From contig CAXXMU010000006.1 in assembly GCA_963667785.2 (NCBI GenBank), positions 224,001-288,000 of the forward strand: DNA of 64,000 bases. Direction: 5' to 3'. Both the position numbers and the translations under genes were made by a program. The notes beneath the pieces are model-generated. The model was not told where the DNA came from, did no database searches, and worked only from the letters and a program-made list of their open reading frames with translations. The DNA is from Alphaproteobacteria bacterium (GTDB lineage Bacteria; Pseudomonadota; Alphaproteobacteria; UBA828). Below, piece after piece: positions 24,053 through 33,918 of the stretch (positions are counted from its first letter, which is position 1; each line of letters starts with the position of its first letter).

Positions 24053-26422
24053 CTATGCGCCGCCTTCGGCCGCGGCGCGGATCGCGCGCCAGACCCGCTC
24101 GGCCGTGAACGGCATCTCCACGTGGCGGACGCCGAGATGCCAGAGCGCGTCGAGAACGGCGTTGCCGATCGCGGCCGGCGGCCCGGAGGTGCCGGTCTCG
24201 CCCACGCCCTTGACGCCGAGCGGGTTGGTCTGCGTGAGCGTCACATGCTCGTCGAGGGAGAAGGCGGGCAGGTCGTCAGCGCGCGGTATCGCGTAATCCA
24301 TGAAGGAGCCGGTCAGAAGCTGGCCCGAGCCCGGGTCGTAGCGGATGTCCTCGAGCAGGGCCTGGCCGATGCCCTGGGCGGCGGCCCCATGGCGCTGGCC
24401 GTCGACCACCAGCGGATTGATGACGAGCCCCGGATCCTCCACCGAGTAGTAGCCGGTGAGCCGCACGGCGCCGGTCTCGGGGTCCACGATGACGGTGGCG
24501 ACATGGGTGCCGTAGGGATAGTTGAAGTCGTCCGGGTCGAAGAACGCCGCCTCCTCCAGCCCGAGCTCGAAGCCTTCGGGATAGCTCGCGCCGCGATAGG
24601 CCATGTCGGCGATCTCGGTGAACGTCATCCGCCGGTCGGTACCGCGTACCGCATAGGCACCGGTGCGGAAGTCGATGTCCTCCTCGGCGCATTCCATGAG
24701 GTGGGCGGCAAGGCGGCGGCCCTTCTCGACGATGCGGTCGGACGCCACGGAAAGGGCGCTGCCCACCACGGTGATCGAGCGCGAGGCCCAGGTGCCGAGG
24801 CCGTGCGGGATTCGGTCGGTATCACCTTCGACGACGTCGATGTCGGCAAGCGCGCAGCCGAAGCGGTCGGCGACGATCTGCGCGTAGGTGGTGGCGTGCG
24901 ACTGGCCGTGGCTGTGGCTGCCGCAGAGCACGGTGATCTTGCCGCTGGGGTGGACGCGCACGGTGGCGACGTCCCAGAGCCCCATGCGCGACCCCATGGC
25001 GGCGGCGAGCCGGCTCGGGCCGGCACCGCCCGAGCGGATGAAGGCGGCCATCCCGATCCCCATCAGCGCGCCCGCCTCCCTGAGCCGCGCCTGCTCCGCC
25101 CTGAGAGCGTCGAGATCGGCGAGCGCGCGCGCCTTCTCGAAGACCGCCGGAAAGTCGCCGACGTCGTAGGTGACGCCGGTGGCGCTGGCGTAGGGCATGC
25201 GGTCCGCGGGCACGAGGTTGCGCGCCCGCGCGGCGACCGAATCGCCCGCCCGCTCGCGCGCGCCGTTCTCGATCAGGCGCTCGATGACGTAGGTGATCTC
25301 GGGATTGCCGGCGCCGCGGTAGGCGTCGATCGGCGTGGTGTTGGTGTAGACCCCGAGCACCCGGCAGTGCAGCGCCGGAATCGCGTACTGGCCGGAGAAC
25401 ATGCTGGCGCAGAAGAGCGTCGGGATGCAGGCGCCGAACTGGCTCTGGTAGGCGCCGAGGTTGGCGACGATCTCGGCCTCGATGGCGGTGATGCGGCCCT
25501 CCCCGTCGAACGCCATGCGCGCTTCGGTCACGTGGTCGCGGGCGTGGATGTCCACCGTCAGGGTCTCGGCGCGGGTCGCGGTCCAGCGCACCGGCCGGCC
25601 CACCAGCCGCGCGGCCCAGGGGAGGCTCGCGTCCTCCGGATAGTGGTAGGTCTTCTGGCCGAAGCCGCCGCCGACATCGGGCGCCACCACCCGGATCGCC
25701 TGCTCGGGCGCGCGCAGCGTGTCGCGCGAGAGCCACTGGCGGACGAGGTGCGGGTTCTGGGTGGTGGACCAGAGCGTGTAGCGCTCGCTGCCCGGGTCGT
25801 AGGCCCCGATGGCCGCGCGCGGCTCGATGGCGCTCGGCGCGAGGCGGTTGTTCGTGAGCGTGAGCGCCGTGACATGGGCGGCGGATACGAAGGCCGCCGC
25901 CGTCGCCTCGGCATCGCCGAGCCGCCAGTCGTAGGAGACGTTGCTCCCGAATTCCCCGTGTACCAGCGGCGCGCCCGGCTCGATCGCGGCCGCGAGGTCG
26001 GTCACCGCATCGAGCGGCTCCCACGCGACATCGACCGCGGCCGCGGCGTCGGCCGCCGCATGCGCATCCTCGGCGACGACGAGAGCCACCGTGTCCCCCA
26101 CGTGGCGCGCCTCGTCGGTGGCGAAGACCGGCCTGGGTGCGCACGCCATCGGCGTGCCGTCGTGGGAGGCGATGTCCCACAGCACGTCGGTATCGCCGCC
26201 GCCGTCGCGCCGCCAGTCCTCGCCGGTCAGCACCGCCAGCACGCCCGGCAGGGCGCGCGCCCGGTCGGTGGCGATGGAGGCGATGCGGGCATGCGCGTGG
26301 GGGCTGCGGACGAAGGCCGCAAAGGCCTCGCCCGGCAGGCGGATGTCATCCACGAACCGGCCCCGGCCGGTCAGGAAGCGGTCGTCTTCGCGGCGCGTGT
26401 GCGCCGTGCCGACATGCCCCAT
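24053..26422 (-). CDS. Xanthine dehydrogenase family molybdopterin-binding subunit (form II CoxL-like)
   Basis: [39 protein letters not shown]. Confidence 0.92.
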   Translation of the reverse strand: MGHVGTAHTRREDDRFLTGRGRFVDDIRLPGEAFAAFVRSPHAHARIASIATDRARALPGVLAVLTGEDWRRDGGGDTDVLWDIASHDGTPMACAPRPVFATDEARHVGDTVALVVAEDAHAAADAAAAVDVAWEPLDAVTDLAAAIEPGAPLVHGEFGSNVSYDWRLGDAEATAAAFVSAAHVTALTLTNNRLAPSAIEPRAAIGAYDPGSERYTLWSTTQNPHLVRQWLSRDTLRAPEQAIRVVAPDVGGGFGQKTYHYPEDASLPWAARLVGRPVRWTATRAETLTVDIHARDHVTEARMAFDGEGRITAIEAEIVANLGAYQSQFGACIPTLFCASMFSGQYAIPALHCRVLGVYTNTTPIDAYRGAGNPEITYVIERLIENGARERAGDSVAARARNLVPADRMPYASATGVTYDVGDFPAVFEKARALADLDALRAEQARLREAGALMGIGMAAFIRSGGAGPSRLAAAMGSRMGLWDVATVRVHPSGKITVLCGSHSHGQSHATTYAQIVADRFGCALADIDVVEGDTDRIPHGLGTWASRSITVVGSALSVASDRIVEKGRRLAAHLMECAEEDIDFRTGAYAVRGTDRRMTFTEIADMAYRGASYPEGFELGLEEAAFFDPDDFNYPYGTHVATVIVDPETGAVRLTGYYSVEDPGLVINPLVVDGQRHGAAAQGIGQALLEDIRYDPGSGQLLTGSFMDYAIPRADDLPAFSLDEHVTLTQTNPLGVKGVGETGTSGPPAAIGNAVLDALWHLGVRHVEMPFTAERVWRAIRAAAEGGA

Positions 26423-26535
26423 GCGCGCCTCTCCCCGCGTTGCCGCCGCGCGCAGGCTAGTGGCCGGGCGCGCAGGCGTCCACCCTCGCCGCCAGTCGCG
26501 TGGTAAGCTGGCGTGGCGGACAGTGGAGAGGGACC

Positions 26536-27594
26536 ATGCTGAAGCCCGAGACGGACGTTCTCGCCTCACAGCTCGACCGTGTGCTGCAGGAGCACGTGGC
26601 GAGCGGCGTGGTCGGCGCCTCGCTCGCCCTCATCCGCCCCGGCGAGCAGCCGCTCACGCTCACCGCCGGCACCGCCGATCGCGCGAGCGCCGCGCCGCTC
26701 GCGCCCGATCACCTGTTCCGCACCGCCAGCACCAAGAAGACCTGGACCGCGGTCGCCGTGCTGGCGCTGGTGCGCGAAGGCCGGATCGACCTCGACGGGA
26801 CCATCGAGGGGTGGTTCCCGGCGCTCCCGCGCGCGGGCGAGATCCGCATCCGCCACCTGCTCAGCCACCGGAGCGGCCTGCCCGAATACGAGGCGCACAT
26901 GCCCAGGGGCTCGGCCGACGACTGGTCGCCCGCACGGATCGTCGAGTTCGCGCTCGCCACCGGCGCACAGAACGCGCCTGGCGGGAACTTCCTCTATTCC
27001 AACACCGGCTACGTGCTGGCCGGCGAGATCGTCGCCGCCGAGCGGGGCGAGCCGCTCTCCCGCTGGCTCAGGCGGGAGGTCTTCGGGCCGGCCGGGATGG
27101 CCGATACCTGGAGCGGGGGCGACGAGGACTTTCCGCGCGCCCGCCTCGCCCGCGCCTACATCTTCGATGCGGAGGAGCCCGGCTCAGCCCCGGCGGAATC
27201 GAGCGGCTGGTTCCCGCTTTCGGGAATCGGCGCCGCCGGCGACCTGGTCACGACCCCGCGCGATCTCGCGCAGGGCTTCCACGCCCTCTTCTCGGGCCAA
27301 ATGCTGGATCGCGCGGGCCTCGACATGCTGCGGACGCCGCGTCTCCCTGCCTGGTTCCCGGGCACCGAGATCACCCATTGTGGCCACGGCGTCCTGGTCT
27401 CCCGCTTCGGCGACCTCGTGATCGAGGGTCATCTCGGCCAGCTACGCGGGCACTTCACCATGGCCGGCCATCACGAGGCGAGCGGGATTACAGCCGTGCT
27501 CTGCCAGAACTCGGCCTCGAGCGATCTGGAGGCGCCCGGCTCGGCCGGCATCCACGGGGCCTTCGCCGAGGTTTTTCGGCTGGCGGGCGCCTGA
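26536..27594 (+). CDS. Serine hydrolase, beta-lactamase class C-like family
   Basis: FRTASTKK (SxxK), LLSHRSG, YSNTGY, GHLG. Confidence 0.88.
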   Translation: MLKPETDVLASQLDRVLQEHVASGVVGASLALIRPGEQPLTLTAGTADRASAAPLAPDHLFRTASTKKTWTAVAVLALVREGRIDLDGTIEGWFPALPRAGEIRIRHLLSHRSGLPEYEAHMPRGSADDWSPARIVEFALATGAQNAPGGNFLYSNTGYVLAGEIVAAERGEPLSRWLRREVFGPAGMADTWSGGDEDFPRARLARAYIFDAEEPGSAPAESSGWFPLSGIGAAGDLVTTPRDLAQGFHALFSGQMLDRAGLDMLRTPRLPAWFPGTEITHCGHGVLVSRFGDLVIEGHLGQLRGHFTMAGHHEASGITAVLCQNSASSDLEAPGSAGIHGAFAEVFRLAGA

Positions 27595-27612
27595 CTTCCG
27601 CGTCTAACGAGA

Positions 27613-27642
27613 ACCGGCGCCCCCTGCAGAGGGAGCGCCGGT
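27613..27642. terminator. Hairpin between convergent serine hydrolase and rubrerythrin genes
   Basis: ACCGGCGC...GCGCCGGT stem with no U tract. Confidence 0.4.
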
Positions 27643-27661
27643 GGTCTGTCGGGACGAACGC

Positions 27662-28081
27662 TCAGTCGAGGCCGTCGAGCGCCCTCTGGAAGCGTCCGGC
27701 GTGGGACTTCTCGGCCTTCGCCAGAGTCTCGAACCAGTCGGCGATCTCGTCGAAGCCCTCGTCGCGCGCGGTGCGCGCCATGCCGGGATACATGTCGGTG
27801 TACTCGTGGGTCTCGCCGGCCACCGCCGCCGCCAGATTATCGCTGGTCTGCCCGATCGGCTTGCCGGTGGCGGGGTCGCCCGTCTCCGCCAGGAAGTCGA
27901 GATGGCCGTGGGCATGGCCGGTCTCGCCCTCGGCGGTCGAGCGGAAGAGCGCGGAGACGTCGTTGTAGCCCTCCACGTCGGCCTTGCGCGCGAAGTAGAG
28001 ATAGCGGCGGTTGGCCTGTGACTCGCCGGCGAAGGCGTCCTTGAGGTTCTGCTCGGTCTTGCTGCCACCCAATGCAGGCAT
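27662..28081 (-). CDS. rbr: Rubrerythrin (short form, no rubredoxin domain)
   Basis: [37 protein letters not shown]. Confidence 0.93.
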   Translation of the reverse strand: MPALGGSKTEQNLKDAFAGESQANRRYLYFARKADVEGYNDVSALFRSTAEGETGHAHGHLDFLAETGDPATGKPIGQTSDNLAAAVAGETHEYTDMYPGMARTARDEGFDEIADWFETLAKAEKSHAGRFQRALDGLD

Positions 28082-28165
28082 GGTGTCGGTCCCCCTTGAC
28101 TGTCGGTCGGATACTGCGTGCCGCTCCGGCTCGGCTCACCGGCGCGGCCTGTGCGTTCGCCGCCC

Positions 28166-28214
28166 TATATGACGCAGCCCGAAGCCGCCGTCAACGGATT
28201 GGAATCATTCCAGG
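28166..28214 (-). promoter_or_regulatory. rbr promoter with adjacent Irr iron-control element (ICE)-like site
   Basis: Minus strand TTGACG-N17-CATATA. ATTGGAATCATTCCAGG at 28198-28214 matches TTTRGAAYNRTTCYAAA at 14/17 positions. Confidence 0.7.
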
Positions 28215-28675
28215 GTGCGCGGCCGGCGTGACGGCGATGCCGTGCCCTCTTCGGCCTCCTTGCCGGTCACGCGGACGACGATGTCGATGCGCGAGACCGT
28301 GGTTCCCGGCGGCGCCGGCGGCAGTCCGCTGACGGAGACGCGATCGCCCGGCACGTCGACCAGGCGTCCGCTCTCCTCCAGGAAGAAGTGCTGGTGATGG
28401 CTGGTGTTGGTGTCGAAGAAGGAGGGACCCGAATCCACCACAAGCTCACGCAGCAGGCCCGCCTTCGTGAACTGGTGCAGCGTGTTGTAGACGGTGGCGA
28501 GCGAGACGCCCGCCTCCTCCCCCAGCACCTCCGCGTGAAGCCCGGCGGCGGTGACGTGCCGGTGCGGGCCGTCGAAGAGCCGGCGGGCGAGAACGATGCG
28601 CTGGCGCGTGGGCCGCAAACCCGCCTGGCGCAGGCGCTCCCTGGCGGCAGCGTCGCTTTCGGGCGATGTCGTCAT
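28205..28675 (-). CDS. irr: Fur-family iron response regulator Irr
   Basis: GLRPTRQR, RHVTA, VSLATVYNTLHQF..AGLL, FDTNTSHHQHFF. Confidence 0.88.
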   Translation of the reverse strand: MTTSPESDAAARERLRQAGLRPTRQRIVLARRLFDGPHRHVTAAGLHAEVLGEEAGVSLATVYNTLHQFTKAGLLRELVVDSGPSFFDTNTSHHQHFFLEESGRLVDVPGDRVSVSGLPPAPPGTTVSRIDIVVRVTGKEAEEGTASPSRRPRTLE

Positions 28676-28801
28676 CTGGAGCCCCAGCCTCCGAGATCGC
28701 GTCTCAATACCACACATTCGCGCGGATTACCCTGTCGACTGCGACGATGTGCGCGCACCCCACCCGCGAGTCTTCCGGGATGGCTGTCGCGAAGACCCGC
28801 C

Positions 28802-29770
28802 TCAGGGCTGCTCATCGGGCAGCAGAGACGGGTGGACCGCGATGAAGATCGAGTCGAACGTGCCCTGGCTGCCATCGGCCTCCGTGAACCCGGCGCTGGC
28901 GATGCCGCCAACGAAGCGCGGGTTTCCGTCGGGCGCCAGCCGGTTGGAGAAGCTTCCGCCCCACTCCCCGCCCGACTCCGTGACCGTCCGCGTCGGGTGG
29001 GTGACCGTCACGTCCTGGTCCTCGAAGGTGCCCTTGGGCCCGAGCGCCGTCGGGGCGAAATGAATGTCGTAGTCGGTGGGCATGGCGAGCGGCTCTCTGG
29101 CTCTCCACCCGAGGACCGTGTAGAGGTGCATGCGCTCGATCCAGAGGTCGCCATCGCACCCAAGGCAGCCGGCGACGGTCATGTCGTCGAAGTTCGCCTG
29201 GACCGTCATCGGGCCGTAGAACTCCTCTCCTGCCTCCGGCTGGCCGTTCCCGTCCCAGTCGCTGCCGTAGCGATAGGTGTAGATCCCGCCTACCTGGCCG
29301 ACATAGCTCGCCGTCCCGAGGGTGGGGAGTACAGGCGGGTAGGCGGGGTCGATCTCCGTTCCGTCGATGAAGAGCTCGATATCGCCCGCCGCGAGGGGAA
29401 TGCCGTTGCGGAGACGATAACCGTCGAAGTGCAGCCAGTAGCCGGCGGCCAGGTAGTCCGTGGGGTCGTCATTGTCCCAGCTCACCAGCGCATAGGCGAC
29501 CGAGGTGCCCTCCAGGCCCGTCTTCGCCAGCGCCCAGCGCCGCCCCGAATGATTGGGCAGGAAGGGAACCCAGGTCCGTCCGTACCAGTGGTCCCTCTGC
29601 GTGCTGAACCGTTCCGTGCCGCCGTCCTCTCGCACGAATTCGAGGCGCAGCACCTCGCCGTCGAAGCTGGTGCTGTATCGGGAGTCGCTCTCTCCGTCCC
29701 TGTCCGCGCTGGAGCAGGCGGCCAGCGCGACGGCAGGCGCTATGCAGAGAAGCCTGGCGACGACGTTCAT
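28802..29770 (-). CDS. Lipoprotein with TbpB-like beta-barrel
   Basis: Lipobox LAA-C; DYLAAGYWL, LPTLGTASYVG, GEWGGSFSN..GNPRFVGG. Confidence 0.7.
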   Translation of the reverse strand: MNVVARLLCIAPAVALAACSSADRDGESDSRYSTSFDGEVLRLEFVREDGGTERFSTQRDHWYGRTWVPFLPNHSGRRWALAKTGLEGTSVAYALVSWDNDDPTDYLAAGYWLHFDGYRLRNGIPLAAGDIELFIDGTEIDPAYPPVLPTLGTASYVGQVGGIYTYRYGSDWDGNGQPEAGEEFYGPMTVQANFDDMTVAGCLGCDGDLWIERMHLYTVLGWRAREPLAMPTDYDIHFAPTALGPKGTFEDQDVTVTHPTRTVTESGGEWGGSFSNRLAPDGNPRFVGGIASAGFTEADGSQGTFDSIFIAVHPSLLPDEQP

Positions 29771-30045
29771 CGATTACGGTCTCCGCCTCCATCGCCAGTC
29801 GCCGACGATCGCCGGCGTGCGTGCGGGCATGTGCCGGGACTTCCCACGAGCGGATGTCCCGGCCGGGAGAGTATGGGTCGAACCGGCGCCGCCGACAATC
29901 AGCCCACGAGTCGAGAGGATCGGCCGGGCAGACCATGACCGCGCCGACGATTCCGGTCTAAGATGCGGACTCGGATCGGGAGAACTGCCGAGCCGCCGGC
30001 AAGGGACCGGCGAACGAGGTGGCCTCGACCCGAGGAGAACGCGCC

Positions 30046-32139
30046 GTGCAGAGCGAATTCGTCGCCACCGCCTGCCCCCACGACTGCCCGTCCACCTGCG
30101 CGCTGGAGGTGGAGCGCCTGGCTGCCGACCGGATCGGCGCGGTCAGGGGCGCGCGGGAGAACGACTACACCGCCGGCGTGATCTGCGCCAAGGTCGCGCG
30201 CTACGCCGAGCGCGTGCACCATCCGGGCCGGCTCGCGCAGCCACTGCAGCGCACAGGCGAGAAAGGCGCGGGCGAGTTCCGCCCGATCGGCTGGGACGAC
30301 GCGCTCGACGCCATCGCCGAGGCCTTCGTCCGCGCCACGGAGAAGGACGGGCCCGAGGCGGTGTGGCCCTACTACTACGCCGGCACCATGGGCCTCGTGC
30401 AGCGCGACGGGATCAACCGGCTGCGCCACGTCATGGGCTATTCGCGACAGGACGAGACCATCTGCGCGCGCCTTTCCAGCGACGGCTGGTGGGCCGGCGT
30501 CGGCACCTATGTCGGCAGCGACCCACGCGAGATGGCGAAGGCGGACCTGATCGTCGTCTGGGGCTGCAACCCGGCGTCGACCCAGGTCAACGTGATGACC
30601 CACATCGCCAAGGCGCGGAAGACGCAGCAGGCGGCGCTGGTCGTGATCGACCCCTACGAGACCCGCACCGCCAGGGTGGCCGATCACCACGTGGCGCTCC
30701 GGCCCGGCACCGACGGCGCGCTCGCCTGCGGCATCATGCACGTGCTGTTCGCCGAGGGCTTCGCCGACCGCGCCTACCTCGCCCGCCATACCGACTGCCC
30801 GGACGAGCTGGAGGCCCATCTCGCGAGCCGGGGGCCGGAGTGGGCGGCGGCCATCACCGGCATCCCGGCGGCCGAGATCACCGCGCTCGCCCGCATGATC
30901 GGCCGGATCAAGCGCACCTACATCCGCCTCGGCTACGGCTTCACCCGCTCGCGCAACGGCGCCGCCAACATGCACGCCGCCACCTGCATCGCCGCCGTCA
31001 CCGGCGCCTGGCAGTACGAGGGCGGCGGCGCCATGCACACCAACAAGAGCGTCTACCGCATCGACGCCACGCTGATCGAGGGGCTCGACGCGCTCGACCG
31101 CTCGGTGCGGCTCCTCGACATGTCGCGCATCGGCCCGGTGCTGACCGGCGATGCGGGCGACCTCGGCGACGGCCCCCCGGTCGCCGCCACGATCATGCAG
31201 AACGTGAACCCGGCGGCGGTGGCGCCCGAATCGGCCAAGGTGCGCAAGGGGCTCGTGCGCGAGGACCTCTTCCTCGCCGTGCATGAGCAGTTCATGACCG
31301 ACACCGCGCGCTACGCCGACATCGTGCTGCCGGCGACGACCTTTCTCGAGCATGACGACATCTATGTCGGCGGCGGCCACAGCTACCTGCTGATGGGCGC
31401 GCGGATGATCGAGCCCCACGCCGAATCGCGCTCCAATCACGACGTGATCCGCGCGCTCGCCAAGCGCCTCGGCGCCGAGCATCCGGGCTTCGACATGACC
31501 GCGTGGGAGCTGATCGACGCGACGCTCAAGCGCTCGGGCCACCCGGACGCGGCGACGCTGAAGGCCGAGCGCTGGAAGGACTGCATGCCGGACTTCGAGA
31601 CCGCCCATCACCTCAACGGCTTCGGCTGGCCGGACGGGCGCTTCCGCTTCAAGCCGCAGTGGGCGGCGATGGGGCCGCGCGGCGCCGAGATGCCGGCGCT
31701 GCCGGACCACATGGCGGTGACCGAGGCGCCGGACGCCGAGCACCCCTTCCGCCTCGTCACGGCGCCGGCGCACAACTACCTCAACTCGAGCTTCACCGAG
31801 ACGCCCACGAGCCAGACCAAGGAGGAGCGGCCGTCCGCCCTCTTCCACCCCGGCGACGCCCGCGACCTCGGCTTCCGGGACGGCGACCGCATCCGCATCG
31901 GCAACCGGCGCGGCTCCATCCTGCTCCACGCCCGCGTCGCCGGCGGCAACGGCGCGGCGCCGGGCAACGGCGGCGGCAACGGCCAGCAGCGCGGCACCGT
32001 CATCGTCGAGAGCATCTGGCCCAACACGGCCTTCGAGGAGGGGTTGGGCGTCAACACGCTGACCTCGGCCGATCCGGGCTACCCCAACGGCGGCGCGGTG
32101 TTCCACGACACCGCCATCTGGGCGAGACCGGCGAACTAG
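30046..32139 (+). CDS. Molybdopterin-dependent oxidoreductase (DMSO reductase superfamily)
   Basis: CPHDCPSTC..C Fe-S motif, ALRPGTDGALA, TDTARYADIVLPA, LNSSF. GTG start follows a GAGGAG RBS. Confidence 0.9.
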   Translation: MQSEFVATACPHDCPSTCALEVERLAADRIGAVRGARENDYTAGVICAKVARYAERVHHPGRLAQPLQRTGEKGAGEFRPIGWDDALDAIAEAFVRATEKDGPEAVWPYYYAGTMGLVQRDGINRLRHVMGYSRQDETICARLSSDGWWAGVGTYVGSDPREMAKADLIVVWGCNPASTQVNVMTHIAKARKTQQAALVVIDPYETRTARVADHHVALRPGTDGALACGIMHVLFAEGFADRAYLARHTDCPDELEAHLASRGPEWAAAITGIPAAEITALARMIGRIKRTYIRLGYGFTRSRNGAANMHAATCIAAVTGAWQYEGGGAMHTNKSVYRIDATLIEGLDALDRSVRLLDMSRIGPVLTGDAGDLGDGPPVAATIMQNVNPAAVAPESAKVRKGLVREDLFLAVHEQFMTDTARYADIVLPATTFLEHDDIYVGGGHSYLLMGARMIEPHAESRSNHDVIRALAKRLGAEHPGFDMTAWELIDATLKRSGHPDAATLKAERWKDCMPDFETAHHLNGFGWPDGRFRFKPQWAAMGPRGAEMPALPDHMAVTEAPDAEHPFRLVTAPAHNYLNSSFTETPTSQTKEERPSALFHPGDARDLGFRDGDRIRIGNRRGSILLHARVAGGNGAAPGNGGGNGQQRGTVIVESIWPNTAFEEGLGVNTLTSADPGYPNGGAVFHDTAIWARPAN

Positions 32140-32185
32140 GGCGCCACCGCCGCGCCAGGCGGCGGCGCCCCTCATCCGCTGGCGA

Positions 32186-33757
32186 TCAGCAGCTCTTCCA
32201 GTCCGCCGCGGCCTCCAGCGCCGCCGCCACCTGCAGCACGGTCGCGTCCTCGAAGTGGCGGCCGACGATCATGAAGCCGACGGGCAGGTCGTCCGAGACG
32301 CCGCACGGCACCGAGATCGCGGGATGGCCGGTCACGTCGAACTGGCAGGTGTTGTGGATCATGTCGAGCGTGCGGACGATGCGCTCCTTCAGCGGCGCGT
32401 CGTTGCCGGGGATCGGCGTCGGCAGGATCGCCGTCGACGGCATCACCAGCACGTCGCAGGACTGCAGCAGGTCGTCGTAGCTCTGCTGGATCTGGCCCCG
32501 GATGTTCTGCGCCTTGGCGTAGTAGCGGCCGTAGTAGTCCGACTGCATGTACTCGCCGAAGAGCAGCACGTACTTCACCATCACGCCCATGTCGTTCGGC
32601 CTGGCGCGAGAGCCTTTCGCCACGTTGTCGAGGAGCTGGGTGTTGTAGAAGCCGCGCCAGTTGGTGCCGGTGTTGTTGCCCTTCAGCATGACCGACTGCG
32701 CGCCCTCCACGCACAGCGGCACCCACACGTGGTAGGCGTCCTCGTGGCGGGGGTTGGAGACCTCGGTCACCTCGGCGCCGGCGCCGGCGAGGCGGTCGAC
32801 GGCGGCGCGCACCTTGTCGTAGACCACCGCATCGCCCGGCGGGAGACCGGTATCGCCCCAGGTCTCTTCGCCGGCGCCATGGTCGAAGCCTTCCTTCAGC
32901 ACGCCGATCCTGATTCCCTTGCAGCCCCTGTCGAGACCGGTGACGTAATCCATGTCGAGCCCCGCCGGGATCAGCCCGCGCTGGCGCGGGTCGAGCGAGT
33001 CCTCGCCGGCGATCGCGGTCAGCAAGCGGGCGGCGTTCTCCACCGTGTCCGTCATGGGGCCGAGATGGTCCATGGTCATCTCGATCATCATGGCGCCGGT
33101 GTAGGGCACGAGGCCGTAGGTGGGCTTGAGCCCGACGATGCCGCTCCAGCTCGCGGGGATGCGGATCGAGCCGCCCTGGTCGCCGCCGATCGACACGTCG
33201 ATATCGCCGGCCGCGACCGCGGCGCCGTTGCCGTTGGACGATGCGCCGGTGGAATGGGTCGGCTTGTGCGGATTGCGAACCGGACCGTAGGCCGACGTGT
33301 GGCTGCCGCCGGAGAACGAGCAGTCCTCGCTGTTGGTCTTGCCGAGGATGGTGCCGCCGGCATCGAGCACGCGGGTGACCACGGTGGCGTCGATGTCCGG
33401 GATGTAGCCCTCGAGCCCCTTGGCGCCGTTGATCATGGGGAAGCCGGCGACGCAGATCGCATCCTTGATGCCGACGCGCAGGCCCGCGAGCACGCCATCG
33501 GCGGCGCCCTTGATCTCGCCTTTCACGAACCAGGCGTTGTAGGGGTCCTCCTCGGCGCTCGGCCGGTAGGAGCCGGCGCGCGGATACTTGACCGGGGGCT
33601 TGGTCTCCTGCATCGCGTCGAGGCGGCGATAGCACGCCAGCGTGCCTGCCATCATCTCGCTGTAGAGGGCGGCGTCCGCGTCTCCCATGGTGAAGCCGAA
33701 GGATTCGGCCATCTCCTGGATCTTCCGTGCGCTCGGCGGTACTGGACCTGTCGGCAT
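32186..33757 (-). CDS. Amidase-signature family amidase
   Basis: GIKDAI, GASSNG, GGDQGGSIRIPASWSG, GLKPTYG. Confidence 0.92.
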   Translation of the reverse strand: MPTGPVPPSARKIQEMAESFGFTMGDADAALYSEMMAGTLACYRRLDAMQETKPPVKYPRAGSYRPSAEEDPYNAWFVKGEIKGAADGVLAGLRVGIKDAICVAGFPMINGAKGLEGYIPDIDATVVTRVLDAGGTILGKTNSEDCSFSGGSHTSAYGPVRNPHKPTHSTGASSNGNGAAVAAGDIDVSIGGDQGGSIRIPASWSGIVGLKPTYGLVPYTGAMMIEMTMDHLGPMTDTVENAARLLTAIAGEDSLDPRQRGLIPAGLDMDYVTGLDRGCKGIRIGVLKEGFDHGAGEETWGDTGLPPGDAVVYDKVRAAVDRLAGAGAEVTEVSNPRHEDAYHVWVPLCVEGAQSVMLKGNNTGTNWRGFYNTQLLDNVAKGSRARPNDMGVMVKYVLLFGEYMQSDYYGRYYAKAQNIRGQIQQSYDDLLQSCDVLVMPSTAILPTPIPGNDAPLKERIVRTLDMIHNTCQFDVTGHPAISVPCGVSDDLPVGFMIVGRHFEDATVLQVAAALEAAADWKSC

Positions 33758-33918
33758 TCTGCTCTCCCTTCGCTTCCCGAGGCCGTTCGGCGGTGCTCGA
33801 AACGGCGGCGGGCGGCATCTTAGCGCGGAAGCCTTGCCGGGGTCACAGGGCCCCGCGGCAGAGCGCAGCGGTGCGCCGCCCTTGCCCACCCGGAGAATCG
33901 GGATAATGTTTCCGGCCC

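Noticed and set aside
24053-26422. Aerobic CO dehydrogenase (coxL form I)
   Set aside because: Lacks the AYxCSFR Cu-binding loop and neighbouring coxMS/coxDEFG.
26536-27594. Antibiotic-resistance beta-lactamase
   Set aside because: No obvious signal peptide and no KTG motif; more likely an esterase/peptidase of the same fold.
29771-30045. Moco or other riboswitch ahead of the molybdoenzyme; CCCACGAG..CGGCCGGG imperfect repeat
   Set aside because: Only one GCCGGGAC/GTCCCGGC hairpin and short GC-rich matches; no recognisable consensus.
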